A stretch of 64,000 nt of DNA from Dehalococcoidia bacterium. Lineage in GTDB: Bacteria > Chloroflexota > Dehalococcoidia > SM23-28-2 > RBG-16-64-32. The notes under the pieces were generated by a model. It was not told the origin of the DNA, did no database searches, and was given only the letters and a program-made list of their open reading frames with translations. Each line of letters begins with the position of its first letter. Within the stretch, counting starts at the first letter, position 1. A program made the position numbers and the translations under genes. The stretch is from NCBI GenBank assembly GCA_963665775.2, contig CAXXTF010000002.1, positions 1,216,001-1,280,000 of the forward strand, given 5' to 3'. Below are positions 52,986 to 60,769 of this stretch, piece by piece.

Positions 52986-53284
52986 CAGTTCTCTCTAAAC
53001 ACCGGTCTTAAGCGTACAATCTCACCTTGCAAGTCGCTACCGCTAGGCAGGGAAGGATTATCCTTAACGGTAACGTCAACTATATCCTAGGCTAACACAG
53101 AAGGAGCGATAGTCACAGCCACCTGACTCACATATTGTCGGCGACAATATCGATAGGCCAGCTCGGATCATCTGGACTTTCGCGATCAGACCGCCCTTCC
53201 CAGGCCAGCGATCACCTGAGCAGCCGGAACCTCCTGCACGATCGCCGCTCAGGCGTATAATCGGCAGCGTCTAAGGGAGGCAAC

Positions 53285-53542
53285 ATGAGCGCTAGCACGT
53301 TTCTGATCCTCGGAGCTGTCTTCCTTCTCCTCGCCTGGTCCGTCTCGTCTGTAGGCCTGCCGCGGGCGGTGCCAAACCTCCTACGAACCGTTGTCACGGT
53401 CGTACTCGTCCTGGCCGCCGTCCGGGTCGGGTGGAGCATCGCCATCATCGCCTTCGACTCATCACCCATCTCCCTCCTGATCCCGATATCCTTCGGCATC
53501 GCAGCCTGGTGGCTCAGGCCGAAGCGCAGTCCGATCGGCTAG
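53285..53542 (+). CDS. Small membrane protein
   Basis: GGGAGG RBS, TATAAT upstream, three hydrophobic segments. Confidence 0.65.
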   Translation: MSASTFLILGAVFLLLAWSVSSVGLPRAVPNLLRTVVTVVLVLAAVRVGWSIAIIAFDSSPISLLIPISFGIAAWWLRPKRSPIG

Positions 53543-53866
53543 GCATAACGCGTCCTTGACCTGAACGGCCGGGCGGAGAGAGGAGCCGGCCGGTCAGCCC
53601 AGCCGCGGCGCCAGTGAGCCTATCGCGGCCTCATCCAACGCTTTCGCCACCGCGTCGCTGACGGCGCCAACCCGGGAATGAAACCCACGCACTTCCCTTT
53701 AACGCTAGGGTTATGGTATTGTAGGCGCATATGGTCAGCAGGAAGGAACCCCGAGCCTCTGCTAGGGCCTGGAACTCATCCAATCTACTCATTAGGCGTA
53801 TTCTTATCTCCTCGCTTGGCGACCCGGAACCGGCGCGGCGGATAGATCGCCACTAGAAGAAGGCCA

Positions 53867-54562
53867 ATGGGAAGCATAATCGACCTGCACATCCACACCG
53901 TCGTCGGCTCGCTGGACAGCGGCATATCAGCGAAGCGGCTGGCCGAGGGGGCCAAGGCCGCTGGTCTAACGGGGGTGGTACTCTCAGAGCACCAGACACA
54001 GTGGTCACCGGAGGAGGCTGAGCGGTTCAGTGAGGAGAGCGGGCTGTTTGTGTTCGCCGCTCGCGAGTGGGCCACGGACATGGGCCACGTAATCACGCTG
54101 GGGCTAGAGCGGCAGGTGCAGGGGATCATCAGGGTGCGGGAGCTGCGCCAGGTCTGCCAGGACAAGGGCGCCTACATGATCATGTGTCACCCGTTCCGCT
54201 ACTTCCCTGGACCCTCCAACTTCCTGTTTGGCAACCGCCGGCAGTCCGATGGGCTGTCGTTGGAGGAGATGGCTGGGCACCCCTTCTTCTCGCTGGTGGA
54301 TGCCGTGGAGGTCCTCAACGGCGGATGCACCGACCGCGAAAACCGTATAGCCCAAAAGGTGGCGGGCCACCTGAAGATGCCAGCAACGGCGGGCGGCGAT
54401 CTACACTGGCCGATGGAGATAGGACGCCGCTACGCGAACCTCTTCGAGAAGGATATTACGACCGCCGAAGAGTTTTTGGAGGAGATGTGGGCCGGCCGGT
54501 TCTCTCCCGCGCTACGGGTGGATGACACCTTCGTTCCGCTGGAGGAGACGGTAAAGCCCTAG
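53867..54562 (+). CDS. PHP-domain metallophosphoesterase
   Basis: IDLHIHT, SEH, GHV, CHPFR, GGDLH. Confidence 0.88.
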   Translation: MGSIIDLHIHTVVGSLDSGISAKRLAEGAKAAGLTGVVLSEHQTQWSPEEAERFSEESGLFVFAAREWATDMGHVITLGLERQVQGIIRVRELRQVCQDKGAYMIMCHPFRYFPGPSNFLFGNRRQSDGLSLEEMAGHPFFSLVDAVEVLNGGCTDRENRIAQKVAGHLKMPATAGGDLHWPMEIGRRYANLFEKDITTAEEFLEEMWAGRFSPALRVDDTFVPLEETVKP

Positions 54563-54563
54563 C

Positions 54564-55022
54564 CTAGCGCCGGCGACGAAAGATGCCGGTAACCTGGTCC
54601 CAGACACCACCCTTGCGGCCGCCGCCCTTCATACCGTCGATGAACCGATCCCAGGACGCTTCGGCGGAGGCGGAGCGATCTAGCCCCCTAATCCGCTCCT
54701 CGATGATGTCCCTGACGCGGCCTTCTTCGCCGGCGTCCAGCCAGAACCCGTGCTCCTCCTCGCAGCTGTCCAGCTCCAGGTTGTAAGCGCGGTAGTTGAA
54801 GGCGGTCATCCGCTTGTCGCAGACGGGGCAGTGCAGCTCGCTCTGGCGCTTGGCGTACCGGACGGTGGCCCTCCGCTGCTCCGGTGTGGAAGTCACGGTG
54901 GCCTCCAGTTCGTCGAGTTGATGGTGGCCTAGCCAACGGCCGTTGCAGGACGGACAGTGGTCGACTTCCATGCCATGATGGTACTCAACGGCCAACTCTA
55001 CCTTGCAGCGGGGGCATTGCAT
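54564..55022 (-). CDS. Tandem zf-TFIIB-type zinc-ribbon protein
   Basis: CPRC..VDHCPSCNGRW; CPVC..LDSCEEEHGFWLDAGE. Confidence 0.82.
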   Translation of the reverse strand: MQCPRCKVELAVEYHHGMEVDHCPSCNGRWLGHHQLDELEATVTSTPEQRRATVRYAKRQSELHCPVCDKRMTAFNYRAYNLELDSCEEEHGFWLDAGEEGRVRDIIEERIRGLDRSASAEASWDRFIDGMKGGGRKGGVWDQVTGIFRRRR

Positions 55023-55098
55023 ACCGGCTCGCTCCTCTCCTGCTTAAGGATACGAGCCTAGGGTAGCACAGGATGGCAACGGCCAGTAAGGCGGCGGC

Positions 55099-55257
55099 TC
55101 AGGAGCCGGTCCCAGGCACGACGTCCGGCCCCTCGTTCAGACTGCCTGGGCGGTTGCCGGCCAGGTCCAGGGCGAGGTAGAGGTAGCCCAGGGCCTTCAG
55201 TCGCTCCACCACCTCGACGGGCCGGAGCTTCTCTTCCGGGCCCACTTTGGTGGTCAT
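55099..55257 (-). pseudogene. C-terminal fragment of LarE
   Basis: VERLKALGYLYLALDLAGNRPGSLNE resembles the LarE C-terminus. Confidence 0.6.
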
Positions 55258-55530
55258 GGCCCCTCACCATGGCAGGCCCGGCCCAAGGCTGACACAGGGG
55301 CATAGCGACCCAGTAGCAGCAACCAACAACGAATATTGAGCCGTCTCTCGGCTCACACCTGTAACTGGCCGCAGAGGGGCGCGTCTTACTCATTGGACGG
55401 CGCGAAAAGCGCCACGATGCGCCGCCCTGGGCTTCCCAACAGAAGTGCCCCGGACGAGCGATCAGATAACGGAGGGATCTGCCCTGAACGAAGCGAAAGG
55501 ACCCCAAACGGGTACCAATCGAGTGCTGGC

Positions 55531-56406
55531 ATGCAGACCGCACCACCTCATTTGAGCGACCTGACCCCCGATAGCCGCCTGGTCTCCGAGAGCGAACTGG
55601 CCCGCGAGGAGGCCAAGATCAACCGGGTGTCATGGGCCAGCCTGGTCGTCGCGGTCGCCCTCGCGGCGGCGGCGGCGGTCTTCCTCGTGCTGACCGAGGC
55701 GGATCGTTCATGGCAGCATCTGGTGTACCCGCTGCTTGTCGCCTTGCCCCTGGCGTACGGTATCGTCTCTGCCCGCTATACCCGCCGAATGCATGTCAGC
55801 CTCCTTCATCGACATCAGGCTAGCCTACTGATCCGCAGCGCGGAGCTACAGGAAGAGGCATCGAAGGACGAGCTGACTAAACTGTACAACCGCCGTTACT
55901 TCTACGAATGTCTTCAGGCCCAGCTAGGGAGAGCGCGCGCCAGGAAGGAACCGCTTGCCCTGCTCCTCCTGGACATTGACGGTCTGAAGGGGATCAACGA
56001 CGAGTATGGCCACCGGGTAGGCGACACGGTCATCGCTAATCTAGGAAAACTCATCGCCAAACTCACCCGTAACTCGGACGCACCGGCCCGCCTGGGTGGG
56101 GACGAGTTCGGAGTGGTCATGTCGGCCACAGACAAACGGGGCGCCTTCGCTATGGCCCAGCGCCTGTGGCAGGAGCTAGAGCAGACCCCTATGTTCGAGG
56201 CTAACGGCACGAGCATCATAATCAACGTCTCTATCGGCGTGTCGGGGTTCCCCTGGGGCGGCGAGGACGTGGACGAGATGATGCACTGGGCCGATGCCGA
56301 CATGTACGTCAACAAGGCCTCGCGGCGTCTGCCACCCCAACCCGTGCCAGCCAGGGGGCCCGGTGACCTCGACGCCTTACCGGGCGATCCCATCGCAGGG
56401 ATCTAG
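55531..56406 (+). CDS. Membrane-anchored diguanylate cyclase
   Basis: Two TM helices, DELTKLYNRR, NDEYGH, RxxD I-site (RNSD), GGDEF. Confidence 0.92.
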   Translation: MQTAPPHLSDLTPDSRLVSESELAREEAKINRVSWASLVVAVALAAAAAVFLVLTEADRSWQHLVYPLLVALPLAYGIVSARYTRRMHVSLLHRHQASLLIRSAELQEEASKDELTKLYNRRYFYECLQAQLGRARARKEPLALLLLDIDGLKGINDEYGHRVGDTVIANLGKLIAKLTRNSDAPARLGGDEFGVVMSATDKRGAFAMAQRLWQELEQTPMFEANGTSIIINVSIGVSGFPWGGEDVDEMMHWADADMYVNKASRRLPPQPVPARGPGDLDALPGDPIAGI

Positions 56407-56618
56407 AGAGGCTGAAGAGAACGAGCCCAGAAAGGCCTCGCCAGTACCGTCGCCACCGCTACTCCCACCCGAGCCAGCGCTGTCAGCGTCCTAGCGCCAG
56501 GCGGCCGGCCTCGTCCGGCAACCGGCCTGGTATTAGCCCGGCTTCGGGAGGTATCACGACTCTCTTGCGCTACGGTTTGTAACGTTCGCCTGCCATCGTC
56601 GTCTGAACTTACGGCATC

Positions 56619-58211
56619 GTGTTTCCAGAAAGCGCCGGAGGGATATCCCAGAGACTGTCTGACCTTATGAACCTGACGCGCAACGCAAATGTGACTCGCG
56701 CAACCGAATGCCTGTTGGCCCTGAGCGCCACGCTGGTTATTGGCGTCCTGGTAGCCTTCGATGGCAATATCCCCAGCGCTTTCACAACCCTCTTCTTCCT
56801 ACCCATTATCATCGTCGCCTACCGACAGCCGCTGCCCTTCTCACTGGTCTTAGCCGGCCTGGCGTCGCTATTTAGCAGCCCGGCCATGGGAGCAGTGGGA
56901 GTGGAGGTTAGGGAGTCGGTAAGGCCGGTGCTCTGGCTGGGCTGGCCGGCCATCTATCTATTCCTGGCTGTCAGCCTCAATGAGTGGGCCAGCATCCGCC
57001 AGCAGCGCCAGCATCTGGACACGATGCATGAGAGCCTGCTAGCGGTTCAGGCCCACAACGATAGACGGGAACAGGAGCTGGAAACCCTCTCCTCCATCCA
57101 TGTCACCACCCTCTCCGGTAGCAACCAGGGCTCCGTAATAGAAGAGACTGCCCTGCAAGTTGCCGAGGTCACAGGGGCCAAGATCTGTACCATAGTGATG
57201 CCCACCGGCGCCAACGGTGAGAATCCGCAGTCGTCCAATGGCTTCACAAGGGAGCTCTTCGACCGTGTCTACCCCAACGGCGCGCCACACGGCGAGGGAG
57301 TAGTGGGCTGGGCCTTGCTGCATCACCGCGTTGCCGCCTCCGGCAACGTGTTCCAGGACGCTCGCTATGACCGGCTTCGCGAGTTCGCCGTGGCGGCGGG
57401 CTTCACATCGGAGGCGGCGGCACCCATCGAGCTGGACCACGATATCTTCGGCGCCCTGGTCATCTGCTATGCGGAGGAGCGAACCTTCTCCTCGGAAGAG
57501 CTGACCCGTTTGGAACGGCTGGCCCGACAGACGGAGCTGGCCATCCGAAGTGTGCGCCAGCGGGAATCTCTTTCCAGCCTCGCCTTCGAGACGGCCCTGG
57601 CGCTGACCGAGGCCATCGAGAGCCGCGACCCCTACACAGGAGGCCATTGCCGCCGCCTCGCTGAGCAGGCCAGCCTGATCGCCCACAGATTGGCCCTGCC
57701 CAGTCGGGAAATCGAGATCGTACGGTTGGGCGCCGCCCTGCACGACATGGGCAAGATCGTAGTGCCGGATGCCGTCTTGAAAAAGTCCGCCAAGCTGACT
57801 CCGGAGGAGTACGCAATTGTCAAGCAGCACTGCTACTCGGGCGGCCAGATATGCAAGCGGGTGGGGTTCCTCAGGGACGCCTACCCCATCGTCTATCATC
57901 ATCACGAGCGGTGGGACGGAAGCGGCTACCCTGATGGTCTGAAAGGAGAGGGCATCCCTTTAGGCGCCCGCATCGTAGCCGTGGTAGACGCCCACGATTC
58001 CATGACCAACGACCGACCGTACCGGGACGCGCTGGAGACCGCGGAGGCGATAGAGATCCTGAAGGACGGGGCCGGCAGACACTGGGACCCCAACGTCGTG
58101 CGCACGTTCCTGGAGATGGTGGCAACAGAGCCCGATCCGGCCCCGCCGACCGGGCTAACCCCCCTCCTGCCCCTGGCGGACCACTTAGAGGAATTGGCTA
58201 GAGGCGGCTAG
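56619..58211 (+). CDS. Membrane GAF/HD-GYP phosphodiesterase
   Basis: TM region, GAF domain, LHDMGK, HHERWDGSGYP; start may be ATG 56667. Confidence 0.92.
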   Translation: MFPESAGGISQRLSDLMNLTRNANVTRATECLLALSATLVIGVLVAFDGNIPSAFTTLFFLPIIIVAYRQPLPFSLVLAGLASLFSSPAMGAVGVEVRESVRPVLWLGWPAIYLFLAVSLNEWASIRQQRQHLDTMHESLLAVQAHNDRREQELETLSSIHVTTLSGSNQGSVIEETALQVAEVTGAKICTIVMPTGANGENPQSSNGFTRELFDRVYPNGAPHGEGVVGWALLHHRVAASGNVFQDARYDRLREFAVAAGFTSEAAAPIELDHDIFGALVICYAEERTFSSEELTRLERLARQTELAIRSVRQRESLSSLAFETALALTEAIESRDPYTGGHCRRLAEQASLIAHRLALPSREIEIVRLGAALHDMGKIVVPDAVLKKSAKLTPEEYAIVKQHCYSGGQICKRVGFLRDAYPIVYHHHERWDGSGYPDGLKGEGIPLGARIVAVVDAHDSMTNDRPYRDALETAEAIEILKDGAGRHWDPNVVRTFLEMVATEPDPAPPTGLTPLLPLADHLEELARGG

Positions 58212-58258
58212 CCCCACTGGTACCCCAGCCGCCCCCATTTTCCCGGAGGGCTCCGGGT

Positions 58259-59326
58259 TCAGCGCTGCCAGAGCCTGAGCTGCTCCTCCTTCCCATCCTC
58301 CTCTAAACCTGAACAGTTGATGCCTAGCAGCCGGAAGCGATCGCCCGGACTGACCACCTTCGCCAGAAGCGATTCAGCCCTTCCCCTGATCTCGTCCGCG
58401 TCATCCGTGGGATCCGCTCGACTAGTCTGGCGAGTGATCGTGCGGAAGTCCGAGTAGCGGAGTTTCAGAGCTACGGTTCGCGCCTTGACGCGGCCCCTGG
58501 TCAGCCGACGGGCCACTCCGGCCGCGATGCGGCCGAGCTGTGCACACAGCTCCGGGCCATCGGCCAAATCGTTGGGGAAGGTGGTTTCAGCGCCCACGGA
58601 TTGGCGCCGATGCTCCGTCTCCAGCGGACGCTCGTCCAGCCCCTGCGCCATTCGTCGGAAGATGCCGCCGCGCGAACCGAACGGTCTCTCTAGCGCCGAC
58701 GGATCAGCGCCGGCAAGCTGACCCACTGTGTGGATGCCGGCGACAGCCAGGGCAGCCTCCGCTTTGGGCCCGATCCCCCACAGGGCCCGCACGGGCAGAG
58801 GCTCCAGGAAACCGGCCTCCCGGCCTATGGGAACGATGATGAGCCCGTCCGGCTTCCCCATATCGGAGGCGATCTTGGCCACGGTCTTATTGCTGGCCAC
58901 GCCTATCGAGACAGTGAGCCCCGCATTCCCTTTGACCTCCGCCTTCAGCTGGCGAGCCAGGGCCTCCGGACCGCCGTAGCGCTCCACCTGTTCCGTCACG
59001 TCCAAAAAAGCCTCGTCCAGCGACAGTGGCTCAACCAGGGGCGTGACCGAGCGAAAGGTGGCCATGACCCGACGAGAAACCTCGGCGTAGCGGTCGAACC
59101 GGGGCGAGACCCGCACCGCCTTCGGACAGAGCCGCAGGGCCCGACTCATCGCCATGGCCGAGCGGACCCCGAAGCGCCTCGCCTCGTAGGAGGCGGCCGC
59201 GACGACACCCCGGGCCGCCGGCGCCCCGCCCACCACGACCGGCGTCCCGCGCAGCTCCGGCCGGTCCATCTGCTCGACGGCGGCGAAGAAGGCGTCCAGA
59301 TCGGCGTGAACGATGGTGCGGCTCAT
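58259..59326 (-). CDS. dinB: DNA polymerase IV
   Basis: HADLDAFFAAVE, SYEARRFGV, SLDEAF, KPDG. Confidence 0.95.
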   Translation of the reverse strand: MSRTIVHADLDAFFAAVEQMDRPELRGTPVVVGGAPAARGVVAAASYEARRFGVRSAMAMSRALRLCPKAVRVSPRFDRYAEVSRRVMATFRSVTPLVEPLSLDEAFLDVTEQVERYGGPEALARQLKAEVKGNAGLTVSIGVASNKTVAKIASDMGKPDGLIIVPIGREAGFLEPLPVRALWGIGPKAEAALAVAGIHTVGQLAGADPSALERPFGSRGGIFRRMAQGLDERPLETEHRRQSVGAETTFPNDLADGPELCAQLGRIAAGVARRLTRGRVKARTVALKLRYSDFRTITRQTSRADPTDDADEIRGRAESLLAKVVSPGDRFRLLGINCSGLEEDGKEEQLRLWQR

Positions 59327-59446
59327 ACTACCATCATATCGCCCGGTTCCCGGAAGTATGCTTCCTCGCTGGCAGCCGGTGATAGGCCTTTAGGCGGCGC
59401 TGGTCGATGAGCGGAAGCGGCGCAGCCCGCTTGAACCGTCATCTAT

Positions 59447-59499
59447 CCACAAAATGTTGTGCCTGGGGGCTTGACAGGCACAACATGTAGTGCTATTCT
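59447..59499 (+). promoter_or_regulatory. Tandem NrdR boxes overlapping the promoter
   Basis: CCACAAAATGTTGTGC (59447) and GCACAACATGTAGTGC (59478), 31 bp apart; TTGACA 59471-17-TATTCT 59494. Confidence 0.9.
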
Positions 59500-59588
59500 G
59501 CCCAGTGCGCCTCCTCTCCGAGGGGCGCATCGGCACCTAAAGAAGCCATCGAGGATTCTGTCAAGCAAGTGGTGAGCCTGTCGAAGCC

Positions 59589-60176
59589 ATGAACTGCCCG
59601 TTCTGCGATAACCCCGAATCGAAGGTGACGGACTCCCGGCCCGACGAGGCCGGCATCCGCCGCCGCCGCGAGTGCCTGGCCTGCGGCCGCCGCTTCACCA
59701 CCATCGAGCGGATAGAGCTGGCGGGCGTGGCCGTGCTGAAGAAGGACGACCGCCGCGAGGAGTTCGACCGGGCCAAGATCGTCTCCGGCGTGCGCAAGGC
59801 CTGCGAGAAGCGGCCGATCCCCTCCGGCGCCATCGAGGCGCTGGCCGACGAGGTGGAGCAGGCGGTGTACGGCCTGAACCGGGCGGAGGTGCCCTCCAGC
59901 CTCGTCGGGGAGCTGGTGATGGAGCGACTGCGGGCCCTGGACCAGATCGCCTACATCCGCTTTGCCTCCGTGTACCGGGCCTTCGCCGATGTGGAGGAGC
60001 TGGAGCAGGAGCTGGAGGCGCTGAAGGCGGGCTGGCCGCGGCCGGAGGTGCCGCCGGACCAGCTGGCCCTGCTGCCGGATGTAAAGACGAAGGCGCCGAA
60101 GCCGCGCCTCCTCCGCATGCGCCGGACGAAGGCAGCGGAAGGGGAGCCGGAGCGACGGGCCGGGGAGGCGAGGTAG
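59589..60176 (+). CDS. nrdR: Transcriptional repressor NrdR
   Basis: MNCPFC, IRRRREC, RFTT, ATP-cone, YIRFASVY. Confidence 0.97.
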   Translation: MNCPFCDNPESKVTDSRPDEAGIRRRRECLACGRRFTTIERIELAGVAVLKKDDRREEFDRAKIVSGVRKACEKRPIPSGAIEALADEVEQAVYGLNRAEVPSSLVGELVMERLRALDQIAYIRFASVYRAFADVEELEQELEALKAGWPRPEVPPDQLALLPDVKTKAPKPRLLRMRRTKAAEGEPERRAGEAR

Positions 60177-60196
60177 TGAGGGGAGGTGAGACTAAA

Positions 60197-60370
60197 GTGG
60201 CGAAAATCCACATCAATAAGGGCTACGACGATCACAAGCAGGTCGAGGCAGACTACTGGCAAGTTGAGGACGGTTTCGTTGTGCTCCATAAGTTTACAAG
60301 CCAGGAGAAGACGGAGCAGGTCTTTGGCATGAGAGTACAGGATGTCTACTTGATCGAGAGAGAAGACTGA
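60197..60370 (+). CDS. Small hypothetical protein (57 aa)
   Basis: GGAGGTGA RBS, GTG start, MAKIHINKGYDDHKQVEADYW; lower GC. Confidence 0.6.
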   Translation: MAKIHINKGYDDHKQVEADYWQVEDGFVVLHKFTSQEKTEQVFGMRVQDVYLIERED

Positions 60371-60467
60371 CCACTAGCCATCCAGCAGCCTCGGAGGCGG
60401 ACACGGGCAGCTCGATGGCGTAAGAAGCGTAGTGACGCAGGTAAAGCGAGAAAGTGAGGGACCGAAG

Positions 60468-60689
60468 ATGGGCAAGAACGTACACATAGTGCCTCGTGAC
60501 GACGGCTGGGCCGTCAAGAAGGAAGGAAACGACCGCGCCAGCTCGGTGCACCCTACCCAAAGGGAGGCTATCGATGCCGGCCGTGACGCCGCGCGGAGAG
60601 AGGCGTCAGAGCTACTCATACACGGACAAGATGGACGAATCCGAGAGCGCGACAGCTACGGAAACGACCCATACCCGCCGAAGGGGTAG
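60468..60689 (+). CDS. DUF2188-domain protein
   Basis: NVHIVP..GWAVK..TQREAI..ELLIHGQDGRIRERDSYGNDP. Confidence 0.85.
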   Translation: MGKNVHIVPRDDGWAVKKEGNDRASSVHPTQREAIDAGRDAARREASELLIHGQDGRIRERDSYGNDPYPPKG

Positions 60690-60769
60690 GACTGAGGCCC
60701 ACCAGACCCATTTGGCGGCGGAGGCGGAGGGCAACCCAAATTCAAGCAAGTCCGACGGAGGCCAACCTA

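Noticed and set aside
53730-53775. SRP (4.5S) RNA
   Set aside because: Lacks the TCAGG..GGAA..AGCAG helix-8 arrangement
55336-55530. N-terminal extension of the GGDEF protein from TTG 55336
   Set aside because: Non-protein-like sequence; ATG 55531 is more plausible
59327-59446. LexA box upstream of dinB
   Set aside because: No convincing GAAC-N4-GTTC found
59506-59529. Cobalamin riboswitch before nrdR-nrdJ
   Set aside because: Only a simple hairpin; no B12-box consensus seen
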